Below, in pieces: positions 39,801 to 54,800 of a stretch of 64,000 nt of DNA. Position numbers and translations under genes: made by a program. The first letter of the stretch is position 1; every line of letters starts with the position of its first letter. Origin of the DNA: Phoronis australis (Eukaryota > Animalia > Phoronida); the NCBI GenBank assembly GCA_002633005.1, contig NMRA01000006.1, forward strand, positions 1,979,675 to 2,043,674. Reading direction: 5' to 3'. The notes under the pieces are model-generated. The model had not been told where the DNA came from, did no database searches, and saw only the letters and a program-made list of their open reading frames with translations.

Positions 39801-42800
39801 TCAGGTAGGTGCCAGCCAAGCTTCACTATCGATTCTCTCAGTTGGTCTGAGTATGTTGCAGAATTTTTAAAATGTAAAAAAGGATTGAATTTTTGTCAAA
39901 ATGTATCTTTCATCCCTGAAATTGTGATGAAAATCAAACGTAAATTAATTGAAAATTATTTGACAATGAGCCAAATAATTTTGCTTTAAAATTTCATTGT
40001 TTTGTATTGTTAGTGGTTCTTAAAGTACATCGTGCCTCAACACTTTCTGGGGGTGATAATTCTCGTCCATGTGCAGAGTTAATGCTCTACAATAAAACAA
40101 TGAAAATGAGCTACTAGTTACAAAATGGTTCTGAGACTCATTTTAATCTGTCTGTTGATACTTAACAACGTCGTGTTTTCAGTTGGCTGATTACCGAGTG
40201 GAGTTCACCAAATGGTGGATAACAGAATTCAAGACCATCAAGTTCCCATCAGCTGGTACATTGTTTGACTACTACATCGACCCGGAGACCAAAAAGTTCG
40301 AGCCTTGGTCCAAGAGGGTGCCTAAATTTGAATTGGATCCTGACATGCCCCTACAGGTATCAATTAAAGCATGTCTGACTGGTTCCTAATATGGGACATT
40401 TTAATACGGCCATCGTTGTGTAGTTTTGAGCTATAATGTTGTGAACAGACAATGCGTTAAAAAGTTATCGTCTGCTCTACTGAGACCACCATTGTGGTGT
40501 ACCCTAAGAAGAAAACTGTAACATGTAAACCAAATGATTAATGGTTAGATACTAGCTTCACAGTCAGTTCGCAATCGATTTTTTTTCGATATTGTTTTTG
40601 TCCTCTCGGGGGAAAAAGATTTAGATGCTAATTAAAGCAATGTGTGATGCTGTCTAATTGCTGACCTAAGATGTAAGTGATTTCCTATCCTAATTATAAA
40701 AGTCAATTCATAATTGATCGCGCAGCTTCCTGCTTGTTCAGTCCCATGAAATATTACAAAAATTCCAACCAGATTGTCATCCCACTTCCTTCCCACAGGC
40801 GGCGCTAGTGCACACAGCTGAGACAACCCGTGTCCGCCACTTTATGGACTTACTCCTTGAACGCAAGCGTCCCGTCATGTTGGTGGGTAATGCCGGTACT
40901 GGCAAGACTGTCCTGATGGCAAGCAAGTTGGCCAGCTTTGACGAGAACTACGTCATCACGAACGTACCGTTCAACTTCTACACGACGTCGGCCATGTTGC
41001 AGGGTGTTCTAGAGAAGCCACTGGAGAAGAAGGCCGGACGAAACTACGGCCCACCGGGAAGCAAGAAGCTTATCTACTTCATTGATGACATGAACATGCC
41101 CGAGGTGGGTGTGAAACAGGGGATCTAATTAGATTTTAGATTTTAATCTTGTTGCAGAATAGAAATAAAGGCAGACAATACTTAGGAGAATAAGGCAGTT
41201 TTCTTAGTTTCAATTTCTTTAATTTAGAAACAGCATTTGATTTTGAAGGTGTCTGAAAAGGTCAAAATTTCACACCTTATCCAAGAGAAATAAGTGTCTT
41301 GTGGTATTACTGTCAGATACTTCACTATACAACCACATGTAACTAAATGTGTTTCGTCGTATTCTAGGTTGACATGTACTTCACTGTATACAACTGAATG
41401 TGTTTCATCGTATTTTAGGTTAATTGACATGTACTTCGTTGTATACAACTGAATGTGTTTCATTGTATTCTAGGTTGACATGCTTCGTTGTATACAAGTG
41501 ACTGTGTTTCATCGTGTTCTAGGTTGGCATTTTTTCGTTGTATGCAACTGAGTGTGTTTTATTGTATTCTAGGTTGATATGTACTTCACTGTACAACCAC
41601 ATACACTGATCCGGCAACACATTGACTACAGTCACTGGTACGACAGAGCCAAGCTGTCTCTGAAGGAGGTGCACAATACACAGTATGTCGCCTGCATGAA
41701 CCCCACAGCTGGTAGCTTCACCATCAACCCACGTCTGCAGGTAAGCCACAGCCCCACTAAAGGCCAGCTTTGTTTTGTTTTATCTTTCCCATTGGACATT
41801 GCCATTGTTGGTACAATTATATTTATTTTAAGTATAACTGTCTCTTACAAATCAATTCTTCAAATCAAAATGACAGTCTGCGATCCTTACCCCTTTTACT
41901 TCAATATGTTTTCTTTTCAGCGTCACTTTTCCGTGTTTGCCATGAGCTTCCCAGGTGTAGACGCTCTGGAGACTATCTATTCATCCATCCTGACTCAGCA
42001 CACCGCGTACGCCAGTATGCCCAGCGTCATCTCCAAGTTTGTACCCAATGTGGTCAAGGGTGCGCTAGCTTTGCACGCCAAGGTGGCTCAGTGTTTCTTG
42101 CCCACAGCTATCAAGTTCCACTACGTGTTCAACTTGAGGGATCTGTCCAATATCTTCCAAGGTATTAGAAATGAATGACTTAATGCCTGCCTTCAACAAA
42201 TTTTTGTTATTTCTAGTGTATTGAGGTATCCAGATAATCCTAGCAATGCTGTGGGAACAAACTGGCACCAAAATTAGAAATGATATTTTCATTGCAACGT
42301 TCAAGTTGCATTTTCAGATAACTAGTAGCATTTGCTTATCAAAGCATTAATTACTGTTAACCAGCCGTAGTTTGTCCAGTAATCCAATAATTAGTAAGTC
42401 TTAAACAGTAATTATTGCCTCCACTTTAGATCGAAACGTATGGTGCACTTAATGTTTTCTGACAATTAGTACCGGATAGCTAGGGATTCGAGTTCACTAT
42501 TGATACTTTAAGAATTCAAGGGAATTTTTATTTAATTGTAGGCAGAGAATTTCGACCTATTCAAAAAGATTTAGCCTTTGGGGTCATAGGAAAGACCTCA
42601 AAGAATTCAAGCCGTGTATAAAAATGTTGTTTTTAGCATATTATTAAGTTGTTGTTTACAAGAAAATCTAGTTTACATAGCCACTTATAAGGGTCCCACA
42701 TCTTGAGAACTAGCACCCCCGTTCAAATTTCACTGCATTCGTTGGGCTTATTAAGATCACTATGATAACCAAAGTGGTTGATACACAAGTCAAGTCGCCC

Positions 42801-45800
42801 ATCGTATTACTCAGGTTACACAATAGAGGTTGGGACATATCGACAAAGGAACAGCATTTGCAAGGCACGTTATTGCTCTTCTGTTAATGTAGTTAACTGA
42901 TTGTTGTTGTTCAAACAATGAAAAATTTTAATTTTCAATGGCAGATTTAGTTTTTATAGTCCGTAGAAAGAATATTGCCATGAACAGGCAAAAGTCATCA
43001 TAAAATATCCATCTGTGTTCCCTATAATCCCCAAATAAGTCTAGGCGCTGTGATAACTGCCTATTGTAATTACAACCTGTTAGAAGCATTTATAGCACCT
43101 AATGTGGGTCTCAAAATCCAGCACCCCTGTATGTGACTATTACCAAATCTATCATGTGTCAAATTGTTGTTTCAGGCCTGTTGTTCTCGACCGCTGAATG
43201 CATTAAGCAGCCAATGGACTTGCTGCGTCTCTACCTGCATGAGGCGGAGCGGGTGTATGGCGACAAGCTTGTAGACGAAAAGGACCAGGAAACCTTTGAA
43301 AAGATTAAGAAGGAGATTGTCAAGAAGAACTTTGAAGATCTTGATGAAGCCGTGGTTCTGGAAAAGCCTAACATCTGGTGTCATTTTGCCACGGGCATTG
43401 GGGATCCCAAGTACTTCCCTGTCGAAGGCTGGGAATCGTTGACAAAAATTCTGACAGACGCAATGGATAACTACAATGAGATCAATGCCGCCATGAATCT
43501 GGTTTTGTTCGAGGATGCCATGGAGCATATATGTCGGATCAATCGCATTCTGGAGTCTCCTCGAGGTAATGCTCTGCTCGTTGGTGTCGGTGGTAGCGGT
43601 AAACAGTCTCTTTCTCGTCTCTCCTCCTTCATCAGTAGTCTGGAGGTGTTCCAGGTGACCTTGCGCAAGGGTTACGGCATTCCAGATTTGAAGTTGGATC
43701 TGGCGCAGCTGTACATGAAAGCTGGTGTGAAGAACGTGGGTACCGTCTTCCTGATGACTGACGCGCAGGTTGCCGATGAGAAGTTTCTAGTGTTGATCAA
43801 CGATTTGTTGGCATCTGGTGAGATCCCAGATCTGTTTCCTGATGATGAGATTGAAAACATCATTAGTGGAGTCAGGAATGAAGTCAAAGGTCAAGGGCTG
43901 GAAGACACTCGAGAAAACTGCTGGAAGTTCTTTATCGAACGTGTCAGGAAAACCTTAAAGGTACAGTTTGAATGTTATTGTCTTACTTTTAATTTCATCC
44001 TAGTGTCATGTTTTGGAAATATTTTAAAATTCTTTTCTGAATTTGTGTTTCGTAATTAATTCAAGTGGTGATTTTTTTTCTAAAGAAAGCGCGGCAGTAA
44101 TATAACAAACAGTTCTGGAATAACATTGAATTTTTTGTGTAAATTAGTCCCAAGTTAAATGCCACTGACTTTTTTCTGGATAGAAAAAAATAACTTGTGC
44201 ACCTCCCAGAGTAGAGACGGCCCCCTTTCTTTGAGCTACCTGGTGTGTCTGTTTTATCTGTTGTGACAGAAAGATTCCCACAATCCATTGCACACATGAC
44301 CTCTCCTGCCTGTAAAAACTCACTGCATTGTTTTCAACATAAGTAAACCTGTATGCTAATAATAGTAAATTAATCATCATTTAATTTGTGCAGGTTGTGT
44401 TATGCTTTTCACCTGTGGGTGCAACCATTCGTGTGAGAGCGCGTAAGTTCCCGGCTGTGGTCAACTGCACCAGCATCGATTGGTTCCACGAATGGCCACA
44501 GCAGGCGCTTGTGTCTGTCAGTCAGCGCTTCCTTGGTGACATTGAACAACTCCCAGTAAGTGACTGTTTTGTTTCATAATTATTGTCCGTTATGTGTTTC
44601 AGTAGTTACGCTCTGAATGTGATTTTTTTTCTTAAATAAGTGAGCTTATGTAACTAAAATCTTAGGAGTACTCATTTGTATTAGGCAGTCACAGTTATTT
44701 AAACAGTATGCTAATGTCTAGAAATTCTTGAATATTACTATTAACTTCAGAACTGAATCTCAAAGACTTTCAAGCATAGTAATGATAAAATGTACTGTCC
44801 GTAACAACACAGTAGTATTGTACATTCTCTCTTGGCACAGTGTTGAATGTAAATGTTTTTATTGCCCCACAGTCCGAGCTCGTGAATAGTGTGGCTGACT
44901 TTATGGCGTACGTGCACACATCGGTGAATGAGATCAGTCAGATGTATCTGTCGAACGAGCGCCGGTATAACTACACGACACCCAAGAGCTTCTTGGAACA
45001 AATTGCTCTCTACCATAAGCTATTAAAGATGAACAGTGCAGAGCTGCAAGCCAAGATGCAGCGTCTGGAAAATGGTCTAGAGAAGTTGAACAGTACTGCG
45101 TCACAGGTTTGTGCTTGTTGAGGTTACAGTAATTTTTCTGTTAATCCGTACACGATGATAAATTGTACATGCAGTCTCGTGAAATGGGTTGAGAATTTTG
45201 TGGAGCTGTATACTTGCATTAGGTCGCGGAAATGTTTCGTACAGCATATTCCTATGGAAACAATGACTTAACATGGATTAATGGAATGATTACAGAACAA
45301 TAGTACATGGCTTTAAGGCACGTGGTTAAGTTTCACTAGTATGTGGCATGTGAATGACCAGTATCATTGCCTTGTAGATTTGTTTGAATGACCTATCTGT
45401 TAAAAGTTACCTTATGTGCTTAATACCAAACAGTTGTGTTTCTCCAGGTTGATGACCTGAAGTCCAAGCTAGCTGCCCAAGAAGTGGAGTTAGCTCAAAA
45501 GAACGAGGACGCCAACAAGCTAATTCAGGTGGTTGGTGCCGAGACAGAAAAAGTATCCAAGGAGAAGGCTGTTGCCGATGAAGAGGAGAAGAAAGTAACA
45601 GCCATTGAAAAAGACGTGTCTGTCAAGGCAGCTGACTGTGAGCGTGACTTGGCAGCTGCAGAGCCTGCCCTGCTGGCTGCACAGGAGGCGTTGAACACGC
45701 TGAATAAGGTTAGTACAAGGTGTTCAGCAAAAATTTTAGAAATTTATCAAATGTTCTGTGGAAGAGCAACTGCAGTCGCATCGGCTGCACCCAGCTTAGA

Positions 45801-48800
45801 AGATGATTATTTTATTTGTTACCTCCAAGGGGTTTTGAATAGCCCAGCCCAGAATGGGGCGCTGCCATTCAATTGTTTCCACCCCATTAATTGACCCACG
45901 CTACACAGAACCTCATGGACTGACTTTTCTGAAATTTGTGTTATATTTCGTGTCCAACAAATAAACTTTGGACTTTGAGGAATGAAATGTTTGAACAGAA
46001 AACAATACGATTGGCTCTGTCCAGTACTCAACCAACTCAATTTTAAACCTGTGCATCACTTTATAAAGAAAAAAGAATTAAGCATCCGGGTCCATTTCAT
46101 CTGGGTTCAGATGACCTTTTGTTTTTGAAAGTATGGATAATTTATTAAAGGTATTCTATTGCGTCATTGCGTGAATTTTCAAAGAACACAAACCAAAAAC
46201 AGTGGCCTGTCGATTAAAGGTACGAGTTAGTTAATCTATATCAAGAGCTCAACAACAGAAACGCATATCTCTTAGTAAGGTTGCTAAGCTGTTAACGATA
46301 CAATTAGCCCATAAAGACTTCTCAGTACCTGCCCTTTATGTATTGTGCGAGCACCTGGGACAATGTCCACATTCTTAAACGACTTGTATTTGCAGTGTAA
46401 CTGATCAAGTATTTATTTTCCTCCCTGCAGAACAACTTGACAGAACTGAAATCATTTGGTTCACCCCCGGGGGCTGTCGTCAATGTCCTGGGGGCTGTCA
46501 TGGTGCTGCTGGCGCCAGGTGGAAAGGTCCCCAAAGACAGGAGCTGGAAGGCCGCCAAGTTGATCATGGGAAAGGTGAGAATGCATGGTCGAAACAGGAT
46601 GTCTTTATAAAGAATTAACGCCAGTCTCGAGATCTAAACATCTTCCCCCCAAATTTAAATTTAAATTGTAATCCGTTTTGAACACTTGTGTTTGCCTTTA
46701 CTGCCACCCACCAATTAGTAAATTTATGACGTCAATGTAAATCCCTTGGGCATTAAGTAGATCAAAAGTTTTTGCTTGACAAATGTAACATAGACTTAGG
46801 TTTACCTAGATTGTCCAGTAAATTCCACTTGACTTCTTAAGAGATGTGCGATTTTTAACCATATTTTCTTACATAAATCTGTTGAAGTCTTTGAGACGAT
46901 AACCAGAAATGCTTTAACTATTATTGAATTTGTTTTAGGTTGATCTATTTTTGGACTCTCTCATCAATTACGACAAGGAGAACATCCCAGATGCTGCACT
47001 GAAGGCTGTTAGACCTTATCTGGAGGATTCAGAATTCGACGCCGATTTTGTGCGCACCAAGTCTGCTGCTGCAGCTGGTATGTGTGCATGGGTCATCAAC
47101 ATCGTCAAGTTCTACGAAGTCTATTGTGATGTGGAGCCCAAGAGACTCGCTCTTAATCAAGCCAATGCCGAATTGGCCGTGGCCCAAGAGAAGATGAGGG
47201 TGATTAAGAACAAGATAGCAGCCCTGGAAGAAGCTCTCGGAAAACTGACTGCTGATTTCGAACGGGCGACCAGCGAGAAGTTGCGGTGTCAACAAGAGGC
47301 TGACAACACTAATCGCACCATCGAGTTGGCCAATCGTCTTGTCGGAGGGCTGGCCTCTGAGAACGTCCGTTGGGCGGAGTCTGTGAAAGGATTCCAAGAG
47401 CAAGAGAAGACACTGCCCGGTGATGTGCTTCTCATTACAGCATTTGTTTCTTACGCCGGCTGCTTCACTAAGCCTTACCGTATCGACATGATGAACAACC
47501 ATTGGCTGCCATTCCTTAAAGGTCTTAAAGTGCCCATACCCACCACACCGGAGTTGGATCCACTTTCTATGCTTACAGATGATGCCACCATCGCCGGCTG
47601 GAACAACGAGGGGTTGCCTAGCGACAGGATGTCCACAGAGAACGCCACGATATTGTCCAACTGCGAACGTTGGCCACTGATGATTGATCCTCAGTTGCAG
47701 GGTATCAAGTGGATTAAGACCAAGTACGGCGACAACCTTCGAGTGGTCCGTCTGGGACAGAAGGGATATTTGGATGCCATTGAAGCAGCAATATCCAGCG
47801 GTGATGTGGTGTTGATTGAGTTCATTGGTGAGAATGTCGACCCTGTCTTGGATCATGTGATGGGCCGTAACACCATCAAGAAGGGACGGGCAGTCAAGAT
47901 GGGCGACAAGGAGGTAATTATTGACTTTTATGCTAAGTTTCATTTCAGTTAATGTATGTTGTGGACCAAGCCAATTGTCTTCACTCAATTTTTATTTCAC
48001 CAGTTCAATGATCAAATATTTCATTAACATTGACTCACGAAGAAATAAAAGAATTTCATATATGTTTAAAGTTTTACTAGAACTCGGACAGTAGTCTTGG
48101 GCTAAACTAGACTTGCAGCACTGGCATCATTACTATTGCAATCTGTTTAACTCAGGTGGAGTGGAACCCCGAGTTCAAGCTGATTATTCAAACAAAGCTA
48201 GCCAACCCTCACTACAAGCCAGAGATGCAGGCTCAAACAACACTCATCAACTTCACTGTCACCAGAGATGGTCTGGAAGATCAGTTGTTGGCGGCAGTTG
48301 TGGCCAAGGAACGTCCTGACCTTGAGGAGCTTAAGTCGAGTTTGACGCGTCAGCAGAATGAGTTTAAGATCACACTGAAGGAGCTTGAAGATTCATTACT
48401 CGCTCGTCTGTCAGCTGCCGAGGGAAACTTCCTTGGTGACACGGCGTTGGTGGAGAATCTGGAGACAACGAAACGCACAGCGGCGGAAATTGAAGAAAAA
48501 GTGAAAGAAGCCAAGGTGACCGAGGTGCAGATCAACGAGGCACGTGAAAGCTATCGGCCAGCTGCGGCAAGGGCGTCATTGCTCTACTTCATTTTGAATG
48601 ACCTGAACAAGATCAACCCCATGTACCAGTTTTCACTGAAGGTGAGTCTTAGCTAAATTGGTAATGACAGAATGGTTGATAGCAATTTATTTTGGGTTTT
48701 GGAGAGAGTGGTCACTGGGATAGTTTTTATTAATTCATATCCATTCCAAGATATAATATTGTTAAACTTTGTATTGTTTGTGCAAAGTAACAAATTGCCC

Positions 48801-51800
48801 ATTATTTGTGTTGTTCATCTTTGCACAGCTTAATTATTTAACCTTTTCTATTTCTCATTCCACAGGCATTCAGCGTTGTCTTCGAAACTGCCATCGACAG
48901 AGCTGAACCAGCTGAAGAAGTCAAGGCCCGTGTTTTGAACCTGATCAATTGCATCACCTACTCTGTGTTCATGTATACCACCAGGGGTCTCTTTGAGAAG
49001 GACAAGCTCATCTTTACATCGCAGGTTGCTTTCCAAATCCTGACAATGAAGAAAGAGATCAACCCAGTCGAGCTCACGTTCTTGCTACGTTTCCCCGCAG
49101 TTCCGAACCTCACCAGTCCCGTCGACTTCCTAAGCAACATCGGCTGGGGTGGCATCAAGGCTTTGGCAGCAATGGATGAATTCAGAAACCTCGACCGTGA
49201 CATCGAGGGCTCGGCAAAACGCTGGAAGAAGTTTGTTGAGAGTGAGTGCCCTGAGAAGGAGAAGTTCCCTCAGGAGTGGAAGAACAAGAATGCTTTACAG
49301 AAGCTGTGTATGATGCGAGCACTGAGGCCTGACCGTATGACTTACGCTGTCACGTGAGTATTTTTAAAGCAACCCATTTTGTTGAGGGATTATAACAAGT
49401 AGTTTTAAAATAAATTTCAAACTTTTTTCAGTTTATTACTCGTATTATTATTATTGACAAATACAGCACTCAGTAAACTGTATATGATTTTATTTAGTGA
49501 CATTGAATTTTCTTATTTTAGGGCTTTTGTAGAAGAAAAAATGGGACAAAAATATGTTGAGGGCCGATCAGTTCCATTTGCGACGTCTTATGAAGAATCC
49601 GGGCCAGGGACGCCAGTGTTTTTCATCCTATCACCAGGTGTCGATCCTCTGAAAGATGTGGAAGCACTGGGCAAAAAACTGGGCTTCACCGGCGACAACA
49701 GGAACTTCCACAATATCTCACTGGGTCAAGGTCAGGAGGTCGTTGCTGAGCAGGCCATGGACCTGGCTGCCAAAGAGGGTCACTGGGTCATTCTGCAGGT
49801 GGGCGACTATGATTGGTTGTGGTTGCGAGCCTTGAAAGGTTTTAGATATTGTTTGGGGGTCACTTGTTCATTCTGCTGGTGGATGTCTGTGATTGGTTGT
49901 TGCTGCATAACCAGGGTACTTTTTTGGATGCTGTTTTGGGGAGTAGGGGGATGTGGGTCATTCTTCAAGTGGTTTTGTCTATCATAGTTGTTATTGCTAT
50001 GAACACCAATATTTGGTTTTTGCATGTAGTATATGCCTATAAAACAGCCATTTATGGCCAACAGTGTTTTATAGACAAGTTCCAGGAACAAAATAACCTC
50101 ACAAATAAGCAGTTCTTTAAAGATTTGTTAATTTTCTTCAATTTATTTGATTATGGTCTGGGTATCAAAAATAATGCAAAACAGTTAGTTGTGTTTCTTG
50201 CTTAAACCTTACCCTCTGATTTTATGTCGGCATTTATATTTGACTTGCTACCAAGGAATAAAATTGGTTACTCCCAAACCATGCAAGTTTCAGTCAACTT
50301 CTTACAGAGGATAATTTTTGATTGTGAAGGCTATAATCCGATTATTCATTTCTATCAGGGTCTCGTGTATCAGATAGATAGCATTCCAGCTTAACCCGAC
50401 CTTATTGTTTCCAGAATGTTCACTTGGTAGCCAAATGGCTGGGGACCCTGGAAAAGAAGATTGAGCAGTACAGCTTAGAATCTAATCCAGCATACCGTGT
50501 GTACATCTCTGCCGAGCCTGCTGGATCACCGGAATACCATATTATCCCACAAGGTATTCTCGAGTCCGCCATTAAAATCACCAACGAGCCACCGACAGGA
50601 ATGCACGCCAACCTGCACAAGGCTCTCTATAACTTCAACCAGGTGAGGTGTTGTTGAGTTTTGGTTTAATCCCCAAAACTGAGCATTGTGCCCATTTAGT
50701 GTTAAGGTAGGGAGCCAGCCTAATCCTTGTTATGCCAATTGGTTTCAGTCTAAATTTGGGGATCTGTTCCTTCCAACTGTACCAAGTTCAGTTGTAAGCT
50801 CAGAAATCACTTCCAATCTTGGTGTCAAACGGATTGATTTCAGTTACTCTAAGTAGATGCTATGCGGATCATTTCCAAAGTTAATGATTTTAACCACAAA
50901 GTAGGGTGGACGGAGGTTTTTTAAAGCATTGTATTTTATGATATTTTTCTCTTATTAACCATTTTCAAATCAATGGATAGTTAATGAAGTCTGTACTGAA
51001 GTCAGTTATGTTAGTTGCCTTTTAACGATTGCTTGAACTATTTAGTGTATAGTTACTGTAGTTACTTAAACTGACCATTCCCTTTGATAATCCAGGACAC
51101 ACTTGAGATGTGCGCCCGTGAGACAGAGTTCAAGAGCATCTTGTTCGCCCTCTGCTACTTCCATGCTGTCGTGTGCGAGCGTAGGAAGTTTGGTCCACAA
51201 GGATGGAACAGAGTCTACCCTTACAACACTGGTAAGGGGTATTGTAGTATTAGCTCATTGTTCAGTCTCGGTGACCTCTGCAATGAAAACAAATTCATGA
51301 TGTACGGATACGTAGTAAATTAAATGTTGAACATGTGCGCCACACAGGATTTTTTTTTACATCTGTGACTAGCAACTAACCCCGTTACAAGATCACAAAT
51401 CGCTAAGTGCATTCCCGTTATCTTGACAACAGATGGACAGAATTGACTAGCACTGGGCCTCCTATTGTGGCAATTTTTTTACATTTACCTCAGGGCTGTT
51501 CCAGTAAAATCTGTATGGGAGGGGGGGGAAGGCACCTATTTTTCGCACCCACCACCCATATTTTTCATTTATTTCTTCAGCCTACCACCCGTAATTTTTT
51601 ATAAGTTTGAAATGCAACCACCCGTAATTTTTTTTTATTCTTGTGGTTGACTGCACAGGCGCTTGAGTTTATCTGTTCCTCCATCACCTCTAACGTCATT
51701 CATTACTAAGAAAACATATGTTTCTTATATATGGTTATTAGCCATCGAGAAATTCGAGCACCTGTAGTTAAATGGTGTTATGGGCATGCCGATGAGGAGA

Positions 51801-54800
51801 TCGGAGGGAGTGAAAAAGTCGGAGCTTTTTGCAAGTTGCATTTTTGTTTCAGGTTTTGATTCTGTGCGGATTTTTATAAAATTTACTAAAATTACCCACC
51901 ATCAAACATTTATGGCCCAATGAAACAACAACAACCTGTAAATTTTTATTTTTTTGAAGTACGACCACCAGCCATTTTGAATTTAAATCAAACGCAACCA
52001 CCCATAAATTTTTATTTCAGTTGCCTTCCCCCCCTCCCACACAGATTTTGCTGGAACAGCCCTCAGTACCTATGCAGATTTTCATGAAAATCGGTATTTG
52101 AGAAATGGGGATGCCTTCCCAAGATTGTATGGGTTTGACATATTGTGCGCCATATTTATGATAGTAAAAAATTCCCCTAGATGCACACCGTTTGCGAGTG
52201 TGTTTCAGCTTTCCGCTTTGTTCTTGTTGTTTACATGGAAAAACCTAGTTATATTCCATGAGAAGTGCTTGATTTCTCATAGAAAGCTTCGTCAAACTCG
52301 TACCGCTGAATCTGAATTGAGAAAATACTTTGCTGTGGTTAGGTGTGGGAACAATAGCATGTTATGATGACAAATACACAACTTCATTGTTACATTATGT
52401 CACATTTAAAACTGGACTTCTGGTTGCTCGAGTAACAGACATAATCTTATGAATCAATATCAAAGCAAACACTTGTACGGCCTTGACCTTAATAATTTTT
52501 TAGCTCTGGAGCTGTTTCTCCTTTAACTATACCCAAATAACTGCAAGCCCAATTATTTCAGGTGATCTAACGATCAGTGTTAACGTACTGTACAACTACC
52601 TGGAGGCCAATGCGAAGGTACCATGGGAAGATCTGCGTTACCTGTTTGGAGAGATCATGTACGGAGGTCACATCACTGATGACTGGGACAGGAAACTGTG
52701 TAGAACTTATCTGGAAGAGTACATGCATCCAGACATGGTAAGTGAACTGGGTTGCCTATACCTTTAAACACTGAAACAGTTTTCCAAATTTTCTTTCACC
52801 TTCTTATTATGTGTGACATATAAATGATGCCAGCTATCATTGGGAAATTTGCTGTTAAGAATACAATCTGATAATATGCTATGTGTAATAAAAATTAGGA
52901 CAGAGTTCCAGCTGGATACTGAGTTGTCCTATATGAATATTTTATAGAGCTATTCAAAACTAAACTCATTTTTGGAATCAGTCCATTGATAAATGATTGT
53001 TTGGGTTGGAGACAAACCTATTTTTGTCAACCACACTTCAGTGCAGCTCCGTAGCCGAGTTATGTTTGTAATCAATACAATGAAATTCTGTTCTCTATTC
53101 CAGTTCGACGGTGAGCTCTACCTTGCTCCTGGCTTCCCAATCCCTCCCAACTCGGACTACAAGGGATACCATGCCTACATCGATGAGAACCTCCCACCCG
53201 AGAGCCCGTATCTGTATGGCCTGCATCCCAACTCGGAGATCGAGTTCTTGACCACACTGTCCGAGACTCTGTTCAAGACAGTGTTTGAGTTACAGCCACG
53301 TGATGCCAGTGCTGGAGGCGGGGCTGGTGCCAGCAGAGAGGAGAAGGTGAGTGGCTGTGTAAAGTTGATTGACAGGATGCAATTACTGGCAGGTGTTAAA
53401 GGGTGTGTTTGGGGTTATGATCTGTGAGTCAAGTCAATGTTCAAGAGTCGATTGGTTTTACAGTTTGTGGTTAGTTTGATATGTGGCACCAATCGAATGA
53501 AGCAGTTCTTTGCACTAGTAGTTCCCATGCTTGTGTACATTAAGGAAGGATTCGTTTCCATTATGGTAAATTAATAACGGTTTTATTTTGATTAAACATG
53601 CTTTGCGCAAGTCATTTAAATCTGTTGTTTTTTGTGTAATCGCAGATCAAACAGATCCTGGATGACATTGTTGAGAAGTTGCCAGAGGAGTTCAACATGA
53701 TGGAAATCCAGGCCAAAGTCCCTGTTGAGGAAAGAACACCATACGTCATTGTGGCATTCCAGGAAACTGAGCGTATGAACACTCTTACAAATGAAATGAA
53801 ACGCTCTCTCAAGGAGCTGGATCTGGGCTTGAAGGTAGGTTGTCACTAGAAGTATTAAAATGTTAGAAACGATGAGTATGCAAGCATGTAATGCAGAGTT
53901 GAACCACAGATGTTGACAAAGTTCAAAAACCAGGTGGAGTATTTGAGTGATAAATTGTAGTATTGTTATACAGAATTGAGAAATAATGAGAATTTATGTA
54001 TAATTTTGTATGTACAGGTGGAAATAAGATGCTAGTTTGTTGTTTTCAAGTCGTTAGTCCGCCTAACGTCGCTGGAGACATTGGATACGTGTCCGTCACT
54101 ACCAACAGGGGCCATTATGAACACAACATGTAACTATGTTCATGACATTTGTCCGTCAGTAAAAGAATTTAAAAAATCATGTTTTATATTTCTAGGGTGA
54201 ACTGACAATCACCTCTGACATGGAGGACCTGAGCAACGCTTTGTTCCTGGACAATGTGCCAGGTAGCTGGTCCAAGAGAGCCTACCCATCGCTGTTTGGT
54301 CTAACCCAATGGTTTGCCGACTTGCTGCTGCGTGTGAAGGAGCTTGAAAGTTGGGTCTCCGACTTCCAACTGCCTGCAGCCGTCTGGTTGGCAGGATTCT
54401 TCAACCCGCAGTCCTTCTTGACGGCCATTATGCAGCAGATGGCACGTAAGAACGAATGGCCATTGGACAGGATGTGCTTGCAGTGTGACGTGACAAAGAA
54501 GAATCGAGAGGACATGGGTGGACCACCCAGAGAGGGCGCTTATGTTTGTGGTCTCTTCATGGAAGGTGCCCGGTGGGACACACAGACGGGCATGATTGCT
54601 GAAGCTCGACTGAAGGAACTCGCCCCACCAATGCCTGTGATCTTTATCAAGGCGATCCCAGTGGATCGACAAGATGCAAGAAATATCTACGAATGCCCAG
54701 TTTACAAGACGAAGCAGAGAGGTCCGACGTTTGTCTGGACTTTCAATTTGCGTACCAAGGAGAAGCCTGCCAAGTGGGTTCTTGGCGGAGTTGCTCTGCT

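Noticed and set aside
47029-47988. 319-aa antisense ORF (and the 244-aa one at 54301-55035)
   Set aside because: Antisense shadows of long dynein exons arising from codon bias; no independent protein features.
19227-54195. Non-canonical (GC-AG or U12 AT-AC) introns, frameshifts or missing exons in dynein
   Set aside because: All 47 traced introns are GT-AG with consistent phase, and the total length matches a full-length beta heavy chain.
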